From Desulfurococcales archaeon (GTDB lineage Archaea; Thermoproteota; Thermoprotei_A; Sulfolobales; Acidilobaceae), in NCBI GenBank assembly GCA_027012045.1, contig JALUZI010000235.1:1-47740 (forward strand): a stretch of DNA of 47,740 nt, written 5' to 3'. Under the pieces are notes generated by a model. The model was not told the origin of the DNA. It saw nothing but the letters and a program-made list of their open reading frames with translations, and did no database searches. Within the stretch, counting starts at the first letter, position 1. Every line of letters starts with the position of its first letter. Shown in pieces: positions 28,231-37,685 of the stretch. Position numbers and translations under genes: made by a program.

Positions 28231-30066
28231 ATGGTGGAGAAGAAAGATAAACGGCTCAGGCAACCCATAGTCACAGTGCTAGGCCATGTAGATCACGGGA
28301 AAACAACCCTGCTCGACAAGATAAGGGGCACTGCTGTTGCTATGAAAGAGGCGGGTGGAATAACACAACACGTCGGTGCGAGCATGGTACCTGCAAGTGT
28401 GATCGAGAAAATAGCGGAACCCCTGAAGAATATAATACCCATAAAACTCAAAATACCAGGTCTCCTATTCATAGACACCCCCGGCCACGAATTGTTCAGC
28501 AACCTCCGCAAGAGAGGGGGCAGCGTGGCCGATTTCGCCATACTAGTAGTGGATATAATGGAGGGGTTCAAGGATCAGACCTACGAGGCTATCGACATAC
28601 TCAAACAGAGACGTGTGCCTTTCATTATTGCTGCCAATAAGATCGACAGGATCCCGGGGTGGAAGTCTTACCCGGATTCCCCTTTCATACAGTCCTATAA
28701 AATGCAGACCGATGAAGTTAAGTCAATCCTAGAAACAAGGATATACGAGTTAATGGGTCAAATGTACGACCTAGGGTTGCCCGCTGATTTATTCTTGAAG
28801 ATAAAAGACTTCACTAAAACTTTCGCAATAGTCCCTGTATCGGCTAGAACCGGAGAAGGCATCCCGGAACTCCTCACCGTTCTAGCAGGATTGATACAAC
28901 AGTATTTGGCCAATAAGTTAGTATATGCTGAAGGACCTGCAAAGGGCGTGGTCCTAGAAGTAAAAGAAGAGCCTGGCCTAGGCACTACGCTAGATGTTAT
29001 AATATATGACGGTATTCTAAGGAAGGGAGACATCATAGTTACAGGAGGAGTTAACGGGCCCGTTGTAACTAGGGTTAAAGCGCTACTCATGCCGAAGCCA
29101 TTGCAGGAAATAAGGAGTCATGAAGGAAAGTTCATGTACGTAGATGAGGTAGCTGCTGCTGCGGGAGTGAAGATAGCGGCTCCTGACCTAGAAGGAGTAC
29201 TGGCGGGTGCGCCGTTATACGTGGCTAAGAACAGTGAAGACGCTGAAAAACTGAGCAAAGCCGTCATGAAAGACGTAGAATCTGTTCTTGTCAAGACGGA
29301 TAAGGAAGGGGTTATAGTCAAAGCTGATACTCTCGGAACCCTAGAAGCCCTCACATTTGCATTGAAAAAACAAGGGATAAGTGTTAGGGCGGCAGATATT
29401 GGCAATGTCACAAGGAACGATGTGATAGATGCTTCTATAACCAAGAAGCATGACAAGTATCTTGGAGTAATATTAGCGTTCAATGTCAAAGTAACACCCG
29501 AGGCGGAGGAGGAGGCTAAGCTTAGGAAGATACCAATATTCGTTGACACAGTAATTTACAGGCTCTTGGAGTCCTATGAGGAGTGGGTTAAGAAGGAGAA
29601 GGAGAGGGAGAGACTGGAAAAGCTGAACAGTATGGTTCTACCAGGCAAGATAAGGGTGCTCCCAGGCCACGTGTTCAGGCGCAGTGATCCCATAATTGTG
29701 GGTGTAGAAGTACTGGGAGGTAAGATAAGGCCCGGTTATAAACTAATACGAGAGGATGGCAGGGTTATAGGAGAAATATCAGGTATAAGGGATAGGGATA
29801 CTTCTCTGGATGAGGCCACTATGGGAATGGCTGTCGCTATTTCTATCAAGGGGAAATCCATGGTGGGCAGGCATGTGTTCGAAGGAGACGTATTGTATAC
29901 AGATGTGCCTCTGGATCATGCAAGGGAGATCATAGACAAGTATCACAGTGATCTATCTATGGACGAGTTAATGATTCTCAGAGAGATCCTGGAGATCAAG
30001 AAGGGCGAGGGACCCGTCTACCGGTTGTTGATAAGGAAGCTGGATAAGATGATTGAGAAGAAATAA
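28231..30066 (+). CDS. infB: Translation initiation factor aIF5B (IF-2)
   Basis: [35 protein letters not shown]; no intein evident (611 aa). Confidence 0.99.
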   Translation: MVEKKDKRLRQPIVTVLGHVDHGKTTLLDKIRGTAVAMKEAGGITQHVGASMVPASVIEKIAEPLKNIIPIKLKIPGLLFIDTPGHELFSNLRKRGGSVADFAILVVDIMEGFKDQTYEAIDILKQRRVPFIIAANKIDRIPGWKSYPDSPFIQSYKMQTDEVKSILETRIYELMGQMYDLGLPADLFLKIKDFTKTFAIVPVSARTGEGIPELLTVLAGLIQQYLANKLVYAEGPAKGVVLEVKEEPGLGTTLDVIIYDGILRKGDIIVTGGVNGPVVTRVKALLMPKPLQEIRSHEGKFMYVDEVAAAAGVKIAAPDLEGVLAGAPLYVAKNSEDAEKLSKAVMKDVESVLVKTDKEGVIVKADTLGTLEALTFALKKQGISVRAADIGNVTRNDVIDASITKKHDKYLGVILAFNVKVTPEAEEEAKLRKIPIFVDTVIYRLLESYEEWVKKEKERERLEKLNSMVLPGKIRVLPGHVFRRSDPIIVGVEVLGGKIRPGYKLIREDGRVIGEISGIRDRDTSLDEATMGMAVAISIKGKSMVGRHVFEGDVLYTDVPLDHAREIIDKYHSDLSMDELMILREILEIKKGEGPVYRLLIRKLDKMIEKK

Positions 30067-30076
30067 AACCGGGGAA

Positions 30077-30496
30077 TCACTCTATTTCCTCTGGAGTGAA
30101 GAACACTCTATACTCTCTTTCGAAGCTCTCAGGAGAATCCGATGCGTGAACAACGTTTTCCTGGATATCAAGTGCAAAGTCTCCTCTAATAGTGCCAGGC
30201 GCAGCTTTTCTGGCATCGGTCGACCCTATTAACAGCCTTACAACACTTATAGCAGAATCACCCTCGAGAACCATCGCTACAACAGGTCCGCTCGTAACGA
30301 ATTCTACTAGATCATTGAAAAACGGTTTGTCCCTATGAACACTATATAGCTGCTCTGCCCGCTCCCTCGTCAGCTTCACCATCTTCAACGCTTTAATCTT
30401 AAGTCCTTTCCTCTCGAACCTAGACACTATTTCTCCTATGAGACCCCTCTTAACAGCGTCAGGTTTAATCATCACGAATGTTTTCTCAACAGCCAT
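30077..30496 (-). CDS. ndk: Nucleoside diphosphate kinase
   Basis: [23 protein letters not shown]. Confidence 0.99.
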   Translation of the reverse strand: MAVEKTFVMIKPDAVKRGLIGEIVSRFERKGLKIKALKMVKLTRERAEQLYSVHRDKPFFNDLVEFVTSGPVVAMVLEGDSAISVVRLLIGSTDARKAAPGTIRGDFALDIQENVVHASDSPESFEREYRVFFTPEEIE

Positions 30497-30503
30497 TACC
30501 GTG

Positions 30504-30686
30504 TCACCTTATGCCATAGCTTTTTGTCCACTTGAGTTTTCTAGGATTCCTCCTCAGAACTAGGTAATTCTTCATGCATTTACTCGAGCAGAACCATAAT
30601 ATGTTGCCTCTCTTAGTCACATATTTAATGCCAGTGCCGGGTTCAATGGGTTTTCCACAGAACGCACATACCTGCTCCTTAGGCAT
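30504..30686 (-). CDS. rpl24e: 50S ribosomal protein L24e
   Basis: [25 protein letters not shown]. Confidence 0.98.
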   Translation of the reverse strand: MPKEQVCAFCGKPIEPGTGIKYVTKRGNILWFCSSKCMKNYLVLRRNPRKLKWTKSYGIR

Positions 30687-30798
30687 ATTTTATCACCTTA
30701 ACCGCTACCTATTAAGGGGGGTTCAATGAATATAGTTTAAATAAGTTTTTATCCCTAGGATTCACCATTGAGTAGTTGACGTGAAAGGTGCAGGAGAG

Positions 30799-31032
30799 AT
30801 GAGTAAAAGGGAGGATAACATTATAGAGGAGCTGGGGTATCCCGCTGAGGTCATCCAGCTGATCGGACGTACAGGCGTATCAGGCGAGGTTACACAGGTC
30901 CATGTCAGAGTGCTCGAAGGAAGGGATAAGGGCAGGATAATAACGAGGAACGTGCTTGGCCCCGTTAGAATAGGGGACATATTGATGCTGAGGGAGACTG
31001 AGAGGGAAGCTAGGAAGCTAGGCAGGAGGTAG
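30799..31032 (+). CDS. rps28e: 30S ribosomal protein S28e
   Basis: [29 protein letters not shown]; start set at ATG 30799. Confidence 0.98.
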   Translation: MSKREDNIIEELGYPAEVIQLIGRTGVSGEVTQVHVRVLEGRDKGRIITRNVLGPVRIGDILMLRETEREARKLGRR

Positions 31033-31479
31033 CCTATTCTTTTTAACACTATAACACGCATACTCATTGATTCCCTGAGATACACAGGTTTCTAAACCTA
31101 ACACGTTGTTTTCCGTTTTTAACTTGTTCCATAATATAGTTCCTATATACTGGCTTAAAGCTTCCATGGAAGCTTGGGGAAATGGGATGCTCGTGTAATC
31201 CAAACCTGCTTTCTCTAAGATCTTTGCAATATTTCGTTGTTTCTCGCCTAAAACGATTTTATGATCTAGTTCTCCTATGATCTTGGATATCAATTCTTTT
31301 ATCATAGATGTATCTATTATGATATAGGTATCAGGATCCGGTGTCCCTTCTATTTTGACCTCCACGTTAAACGAGTGTCCGTGGAGGCCGTAATCGCCTT
31401 TCTCTTTAGTATACGTAATATGGGAAGACTCAAACGAAAAACCTTTCACGACAATATACGTTGACCCATGGATTTCCAT
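31018..31479 (-). CDS. 6-pyruvoyltetrahydropterin synthase/QueD-family (COG0720) T-fold protein
   Basis: F.SSH, LHGHSF, LDHK, E.LS motifs. Confidence 0.85.
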   Translation of the reverse strand: MEIHGSTYIVVKGFSFESSHITYTKEKGDYGLHGHSFNVEVKIEGTPDPDTYIIIDTSMIKELISKIIGELDHKIVLGEKQRNIAKILEKAGLDYTSIPFPQASMEALSQYIGTILWNKLKTENNVLGLETCVSQGINEYACYSVKKNRLPPA

Positions 31480-31485
31480 GGCTGC

Positions 31486-31785
31486 TCAGCCGAATTTATA
31501 CCACACACCATGTCCTCCGGGAGGATAAGACCATGATACAGCATCATAGGGACATATGAGTCTGCATGTACCACACTCCAAACATCCTTCGTATACAAAT
31601 ACTAGTTTACCGTTCTCATCCAAACTATAAAGACCTGCTGGGCATGCCTTTATGCAAGGCTTGGTTTCACATTTACTGCATTTCTCGGTGTCGACTATTA
31701 TGTGGGGCTTCTCGAATATCTCGAACTTGGTTAGTGTAAGCCTCTTCTCTACTGACAGAGGTTTCTCTTCCATGTTCGAGCTCAT
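31486..31785 (-). CDS. fixX: FixX-like ferredoxin
   Basis: PHI, KPC...CPAGLY, CLECGTCR..C, W.YP.GG.GV.YKFG. Confidence 0.95.
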   Translation of the reverse strand: MSSNMEEKPLSVEKRLTLTKFEIFEKPHIIVDTEKCSKCETKPCIKACPAGLYSLDENGKLVFVYEGCLECGTCRLICPYDAVSWSYPPGGHGVWYKFG

Positions 31786-33080
31786 ATTGACCGCCTCGCC
31801 TCAAGGAACAATTTGAACAGGGTTATCCATCCGAGCCCGTGCGACTTAAGGGAATTCATCAATACCGGGTATATTCGTCTTACTTCTTCATCAGTAGTGT
31901 ATGCCGTGCCCAAGACCTCGCATGCTATATCCGGTAGATCCCGGTACAAAACCTCGTTCTCCAGGAATTTCGGCAGGTTCCTATACTCCCTTAGGTTTCT
32001 ATATATCACGCTTTCCTCTACTAATCTCTTGTATACAGATAATGTTTCGGCATCCCGTTTTCCTTCCTCATGCGCCTTAGAAATAGCTTCAGCGGCTAGT
32101 CTACCCGATTCTATTGCCAGGTCGACGCCTCTAATCGTGAAACCCGTGTTCAAGATGAATCCTGCAGCGTCGCCGACAACGAGATAGCCGGGACCATAGG
32201 GCTTTTCTAGGACGTCTAGTAGTCCACCCTCTCTGGTTAGGTGAGCAGAGTACTCCATTAGAACACCGTCCTTCACATATCTATAGATCGCTGGGTGGAG
32301 CCTTAGTTGCTCTGCTATATCTTTCATGGTTATTTCCTTCCTATTAACCTCGGAGAGCCTTACTACGGCACCTATGGTAACATATTCTCCCATAGTGTAT
32401 AGGAAGCCTCCTCCCGCAATGCCCTTAAGCGGGCCTCCTATGAAGAAATGGGCTACTCCCTCCCAGTCTTCCAAGCCGAATCTCTTATTTATTTCTTCCT
32501 TACCGAGCCTTATGACTTCCTTTACTCCCAGCGCTGTAGTTTCTAGTCTTGGCTTACTTCTAATGCCTAGTTTCTCGCTTAACAGGGTGTTTACACCTTC
32601 AGCTATGACTATATAATCGGCTTCTATTTTCTCTCCGTCGGCCACAACACCCGAGGCGTATCCCTGATCGTTTAACACTATATCTTCTACTCTGCTGCCT
32701 GGAAGTACCATTGCACCTTTTTCTTCGGCTTTCTCGGACAGCCATCCTGTGAACTTGCTCAGGAAAGCTGTGAAACTATCGTACTCGTCTTCTTTGAGCG
32801 GTTTGTGTTTCACGTAGTCTAGTGTAACGCTGTCGCTTTCACACGTTATACTCATTCGTTCTTTTCTAACCCACCTTTCAATAGGTGCCTCCTTCCTCCA
32901 CCCGGGGAAATACTTGTCGAGCACATAAGAGTATATCCTGCCGCCGAAAACGTTTTTGGACCCGGGTTCAGGCCCCCTCTCTATGACAACGGGTTCGAAT
33001 CCCTTCTCTGCAAGAAAATAGGCTGTACTTAAACCGGCGGGTCCGCCTCCCACAACCACTACATCAAACTTCTCGGACAA
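31782..33080 (-). CDS. fixC: FixC-like ETF:quinone oxidoreductase flavoprotein
   Basis: VGGGPAG, ERG..PGSKNV.GGR, AP.ER, EYSAH, GDAAG, RG.DLAI.SG. Confidence 0.94.
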   Translation of the reverse strand: MSEKFDVVVVGGGPAGLSTAYFLAEKGFEPVVIERGPEPGSKNVFGGRIYSYVLDKYFPGWRKEAPIERWVRKERMSITCESDSVTLDYVKHKPLKEDEYDSFTAFLSKFTGWLSEKAEEKGAMVLPGSRVEDIVLNDQGYASGVVADGEKIEADYIVIAEGVNTLLSEKLGIRSKPRLETTALGVKEVIRLGKEEINKRFGLEDWEGVAHFFIGGPLKGIAGGGFLYTMGEYVTIGAVVRLSEVNRKEITMKDIAEQLRLHPAIYRYVKDGVLMEYSAHLTREGGLLDVLEKPYGPGYLVVGDAAGFILNTGFTIRGVDLAIESGRLAAEAISKAHEEGKRDAETLSVYKRLVEESVIYRNLREYRNLPKFLENEVLYRDLPDIACEVLGTAYTTDEEVRRIYPVLMNSLKSHGLGWITLFKLFLEARRSI

Positions 33081-33130
33081 TACTATCCTCCCGAAAGCGG
33101 TATTGTGTTGAATGATGAAACTTAGAAAAA

Positions 33131-34039
33131 TTACTGTTGCTTCCTTTCCTTGAGTTTCTTGATAAGAACAGGCACCACTTTGTATAGATCACCTATGACC
33201 CCGTAGTCTGCCTCTTCGAATATAGGTGCTGACTCATCATTGTTGATTGCAACAATGATCTTGGCCCCCCTAACACCCATAGTGTGGTGAGGCTGCCCGG
33301 ATATTCCTATCGCTATGTAGAGCTTAGGGCTTATTACTAGGCCTGATATTCCTATCCAACTATCAGCCCAGCCGTAGTCCGCGGCTAATGGTCTTGTGAC
33401 GCTCCACGCCCCTCCTAGGAGCGACGCCAGCTCCTTTATCATTTCCAGGTCTTCCTTCTTTTTGACGCCTCTGCCGGCGCCGACTACTACATCTGCCTTT
33501 GTAGGATCGACGCCCTCCATTTTACGGGGGCTATATTCTACTTCTACACTCCCAGCCTTGGCTTCGATCTCAACTAGCTCTCCAGTAGACCCTGCCTCTT
33601 CTGTTTCCTTGTAGGATCCACTTACTATGCACACGGACGCCTTATCCCCCGCCTTAACTTTAGCCATCGCGTTACCGCCGAATGTTAGCTTCTCTACCTC
33701 CAAGCCTTCTCCGGTCTTCACTACAGACACTGCATCCGTGATCGCTTCAAACCCTAAAGCCCCTGAGGTTAACCCTGCAATCATTCTTCCTTTATTTGTA
33801 CACGGGAACAATAGAATTGTAGCAGATTCCTTGTTTACAACGTCTCTGAGAGCCCCGGAAATAGCTACCGGGTCGAAGGAATCTGTCTTAACATAATATG
33901 TCCTAGTATACATACCTGAAAGCTTTTCGGCGACATTCCTGTTAAACGTGAAGAGAACGGGGTCTCCAAGCCCTTTTGCTGCAGTTAAAAGTTGCTTGCC
34001 CCATGACTCTTCCTCTGAGTAAACTATTACCGGAGCCAT
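33131..34039 (-). CDS. fixB: Electron transfer flavoprotein alpha subunit (FixB)
   Basis: VVGAGRG, TRP, LYIAIGISGQ.HH, IVAIN.D..APIF..ADYG. Confidence 0.95.
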   Translation of the reverse strand: MAPVIVYSEEESWGKQLLTAAKGLGDPVLFTFNRNVAEKLSGMYTRTYYVKTDSFDPVAISGALRDVVNKESATILLFPCTNKGRMIAGLTSGALGFEAITDAVSVVKTGEGLEVEKLTFGGNAMAKVKAGDKASVCIVSGSYKETEEAGSTGELVEIEAKAGSVEVEYSPRKMEGVDPTKADVVVGAGRGVKKKEDLEMIKELASLLGGAWSVTRPLAADYGWADSWIGISGLVISPKLYIAIGISGQPHHTMGVRGAKIIVAINNDESAPIFEEADYGVIGDLYKVVPVLIKKLKERKQQ

Positions 34040-34041
34040 GG

Positions 34042-34812
34042 TTATATCACCCCCTCCTCTTCTAGTGCTTTAATCAGCTTTTCTACAGCTTCCTCCACAT
34101 TGTCTGTTGCATCTATTTTGACGCGCTTACGGGGTACTTCATACTTAATTATTGATTCAATGTTAATCTTGGAGACATGTGCTCCTAGTTCTTCTGGAGT
34201 AGTTTCATCTATCGGCTTCTTCTTAGATCTAAGTATGTCTCTTATTGTAGGTATTCTAGGCTCGTTAGCCTCGCTGGTAACAGTAACCACGGCAGGCATT
34301 TTACTTGTGAACTTATACTGGCCGTCTTCCAATGTCGAAACTATGGTCACACTGCCATTTTCAACACTGACCCTATCAGCGTTAGCTAGAAGTGGAACGC
34401 CAAGCAACGAAGCCACCATAGGTCCCACCACGGAGGAATGCGTGTCGCCAGCCCCTGATCCCAGAAGTATAAGGTCATAGGGACCTGTTTTCTCTGCGTA
34501 TGAAGAGATTATTCTGGCAACACTGAGTGCAGAAAGACTGTCAGGGTCGTCTACTTTAACCATAACTGCTTTAGTTGCACCCATTGCATAGGCATCCTTT
34601 AGAATTCGCTGGTGCTCCTTGGAAGACCCTATCGTTAGTACAGTTACCTCCTCGGCTTTACCAGCATCCTTCAATTTCACGGCTTCTTCCAATGCGCACT
34701 TGTCTGCTTCACCCATAACTCTAGGACACGCGTCTAGAAGAGGTGTGCCGTCCTTCTCGAATTTCAATTGGTTGATATCGTATGTCAGTTTAACTGCTAC
34801 TAATACCCTCAC
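34042..34812 (-). CDS. fixA: Electron transfer flavoprotein beta subunit (FixA)
   Basis: D..ALEEA, AMGA, DLILLG, P.VVTV...NEPR.P. Confidence 0.93.
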   Translation of the reverse strand: MRVLVAVKLTYDINQLKFEKDGTPLLDACPRVMGEADKCALEEAVKLKDAGKAEEVTVLTIGSSKEHQRILKDAYAMGATKAVMVKVDDPDSLSALSVARIISSYAEKTGPYDLILLGSGAGDTHSSVVGPMVASLLGVPLLANADRVSVENGSVTIVSTLEDGQYKFTSKMPAVVTVTSEANEPRIPTIRDILRSKKKPIDETTPEELGAHVSKINIESIIKYEVPRKRVKIDATDNVEEAVEKLIKALEEEGVI

Positions 34813-34886
34813 TTCATAACACCTCTAGTGGTTTACTATAGGGCGTTACCTGTTTATCTTAGAAGTTAAAAAGAAAGAGGATGCGG

Positions 34887-36140
34887 TTACTCCTCTTCCT
34901 TGGCCCACACATTTCTTACTGCGTCGCTTCCCAGTGTGTCTCTCGCTATAATGTACTTCATTATGTTCTGGGCTCCCTCAGCGCCTATCGTGTAAGAGAA
35001 TGTGCCTAGCCAGCCCCTGTGAGCGTTGCATTCTTTGGTATAACCGTACGCACCGAACCATTTCAGCACTTCAGTATAGACTTCTGTTGTTACTGTTGGA
35101 CCTAGCATTTTAGCCATGGCGACAGGTAGGTTCAGGTCTTGTGGTTTGAACCTCGGGCTCTTCGATAGGTATATGTTGTCCGCCATCCAAGCGGCTTTGT
35201 ACACAAAGTATCTGGCCGCTTCAACCATGGTGTATAGTTCTGCGTATCTGAAGCTTACCCCCTCGAAGCTGGCTATGGGCCTGCCTTGGAATAGCTTCCT
35301 TGTTCTGAGCCATTCTTTCGCCCTATCAAGGGCCCAGCGGGCACTTCCCACTGTAGCTGCGGCAACCAGTATTCTAGCAATATTGAAGCCTTGTAGTACT
35401 AGGTAGAATCCTTTGTTGACTTCCCCTATCCTATACTTGTCATCTACCTCGAAGTTCTCTAGTGTGAAGCCTCCTGTTGATAGGCCATGCCTCCCTATTT
35501 CCTCGTATACGGTGGGCTTCCATTCCTCTCTGATCTTTCCGTTCCACTTGGGTAGAACAACGAAGTCCGTGATCCTCTTATGGCTCCATCCAGGCTTCTC
35601 GGTTTTAGCGACGAGGAAGAAGCCTCCTCCCTCGGGGAGCTCTTGTATTTCCCTTATACCGCTTATGAAGGCTTTCTCGCCGTTTATGACCCATTTATCA
35701 CCTACTTTCTTGGCGACCGTTTTGTTTCCAGCCACATCGCTTCCTCCCTGAGGCTCTGTGGAGGCTATGCCGAAGAAGGCGTCTCCCGATGCTACCTTTG
35801 GTAGAACCTCCATCTTAGCCTCTTCTTGGCCGAATAATGCCAGTGCAAGGGGCCAACCGTTGTTTAGGAGGGTATAAACTGCTACAGCGACAGCCGGGTC
35901 ATGATAAGCTATTTCTTCCACTGCGAGGGCGGTCATAACCATTGTACCGCCCATGCCGCCGTACTCTTCGGGTACAGGTATAGCGAATAACCCCTGATCG
36001 GCTATTCGCTTTATAAGATCCATAGGTATACGGCCTTTCTCGTCTATTTCAACCCATTTAGGCTCTATGTAGCGCTTCGCGAACTCGCGTACGCTATCAC
36101 GGAACCTAATCTCGTCTTCTGAGAACTCGAAGTCTACCAA
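34887..36140 (-). CDS. Acyl-CoA dehydrogenase family protein
   Basis: VPEEYGG.G, TEP.GGSD, INGEK.FIS, R..F.RPI..F, FGAYGY, EGA..I. Confidence 0.95.
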   Translation of the reverse strand: MVDFEFSEDEIRFRDSVREFAKRYIEPKWVEIDEKGRIPMDLIKRIADQGLFAIPVPEEYGGMGGTMVMTALAVEEIAYHDPAVAVAVYTLLNNGWPLALALFGQEEAKMEVLPKVASGDAFFGIASTEPQGGSDVAGNKTVAKKVGDKWVINGEKAFISGIREIQELPEGGGFFLVAKTEKPGWSHKRITDFVVLPKWNGKIREEWKPTVYEEIGRHGLSTGGFTLENFEVDDKYRIGEVNKGFYLVLQGFNIARILVAAATVGSARWALDRAKEWLRTRKLFQGRPIASFEGVSFRYAELYTMVEAARYFVYKAAWMADNIYLSKSPRFKPQDLNLPVAMAKMLGPTVTTEVYTEVLKWFGAYGYTKECNAHRGWLGTFSYTIGAEGAQNIMKYIIARDTLGSDAVRNVWAKEEE

Positions 36141-36331
36141 AACGATTCACCTATACAAATTGGTTGGATCCGACTAGACAATTAGGTAGGTAGGTAATAT
36201 AAATGTTAAAGAGCGATATGAACAGAGTCCTCGTTCTGTGGATACTAAGGTATTTACACTAGATATACTCCTATAATATTCAATGGTGGTGCTTTTATCC
36301 TGGATCACGAGTCGGAGGTGTGCCATAAGCT

Positions 36332-37684
36332 TTGAAAGCACATCCTTGGATGCCTAACTCTTCCCCGGAAACGGTAAAGAGGATGCTTGAAAAGTTGGGG
36401 ATAAAGGATCCGTTAGAACTATTCAACGATATTCCAGAGCAGATAATTCTAGATGAACAGGCAGTATATCCCCTGGGTAAGCCCCTGGCCGAGTGGGAGG
36501 TTAAAGAACTCGTTGAGTCAAAGCTCCATAAAAATAAGATTTATCCTCCGAATAGAATATTCCGGCCTCCGTGCCCGCACATAACTCCAGCTCTGGTTAG
36601 ACACATTATGGGCCGATCGGAGTTCTACACGGCTTATACGCCGTACCAGCCTGAAATATCTCAGGGCCTGCTTCAGGCTTTCTTCGAGTACCAGAGCATG
36701 GTGGCAGACCTGTTTGACATGGATGTCGTTAACGCGTCACACTACGATGGAGCCACAGCCCTCGCCGAGTCCATTCTAATGAGTTTCCGCGTCAAGAAAA
36801 AGTATAGAGTTATCATGGACGAGTACATAGATCCCTCGTATAGAGCGGTAGTTGAAACCTACCTATACGGCATAGGAGGAAAAGCGACTTATGTTAGAAA
36901 TCTAGAGGAGGAGCGTTTAAAAGAGGAGCTTGAGAATGGAGATGTCGCTGCTGTTGTAGTTGACAACCCCACTTTTACAGGAAGGCTGAGGGAGAATCTG
37001 GAAAGCTTGGTTGACATTACACACAACCATGACGCTCTCGTCGTAAGCCTGGTGGACCCACTGTCTCTTGGAATAATAAAGCCACCGGGAGAATACGGCT
37101 CAGATATAGCGGTGGGTGAAGGCAGGTCCCTAGGACTCGGCCTTAACTACGGTGGATACGGCCTTGGAATAATCGCGGCTAAATGGGATTCAAAGCTTGT
37201 TAGACAAATGCCTGGCAGGATAATAGGTTTAGGAGAGGATTTAGATGGGAACCCAGCATACCTCATGATACTTCAGACGAGGGAGCAGCATATAAGGAGG
37301 GAGCGTGCAACGAGTAATATAACTACAAATGAAGCCCTAACTACCATAGGAGCCGCGGTTTTCATGGCGTTACTCGGCAGGAACGGGTTCATCGAGCTGG
37401 GAGAGTCTATACTGAAGAAGACGGCTTATCTTAGGATGCTCCTATCGAAGCTTGACAGTGCTGATGTACCCGGTGAAGGCTATTATTTCGGGAGAACCCC
37501 TGTCCACTTCCATAAATCCTATATGACCGTGGAGAAGGAACTGTTGGAGAAAGGGTTCCTACCCGGGTTAGACTTGTCTAGATACTGGGCAGATATGAAG
37601 GACAAGGCATTGTTCTGTGTGAGCGAAGTGCATTCCAAGAAAAGCATTGAAGAACTCGTGGAGAGATTGGAGGAGGTGGCTTGA
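36332..37684 (+). CDS. gcvPA: Glycine dehydrogenase (decarboxylating) subunit 1
   Basis: EFYTAYTPYQPEISQGLLQA.FEYQ, NASHYDGATA, LQTREQHIRRERATSNI. Confidence 0.97.
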   Translation: MKAHPWMPNSSPETVKRMLEKLGIKDPLELFNDIPEQIILDEQAVYPLGKPLAEWEVKELVESKLHKNKIYPPNRIFRPPCPHITPALVRHIMGRSEFYTAYTPYQPEISQGLLQAFFEYQSMVADLFDMDVVNASHYDGATALAESILMSFRVKKKYRVIMDEYIDPSYRAVVETYLYGIGGKATYVRNLEEERLKEELENGDVAAVVVDNPTFTGRLRENLESLVDITHNHDALVVSLVDPLSLGIIKPPGEYGSDIAVGEGRSLGLGLNYGGYGLGIIAAKWDSKLVRQMPGRIIGLGEDLDGNPAYLMILQTREQHIRRERATSNITTNEALTTIGAAVFMALLGRNGFIELGESILKKTAYLRMLLSKLDSADVPGEGYYFGRTPVHFHKSYMTVEKELLEKGFLPGLDLSRYWADMKDKALFCVSEVHSKKSIEELVERLEEVA

Positions 37685-37685
37685 C

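Noticed and set aside
28231..30066. Possible intein in aIF5B
   Set aside because: Length of 611 aa and contiguous GTPase motifs leave no room for an insertion.
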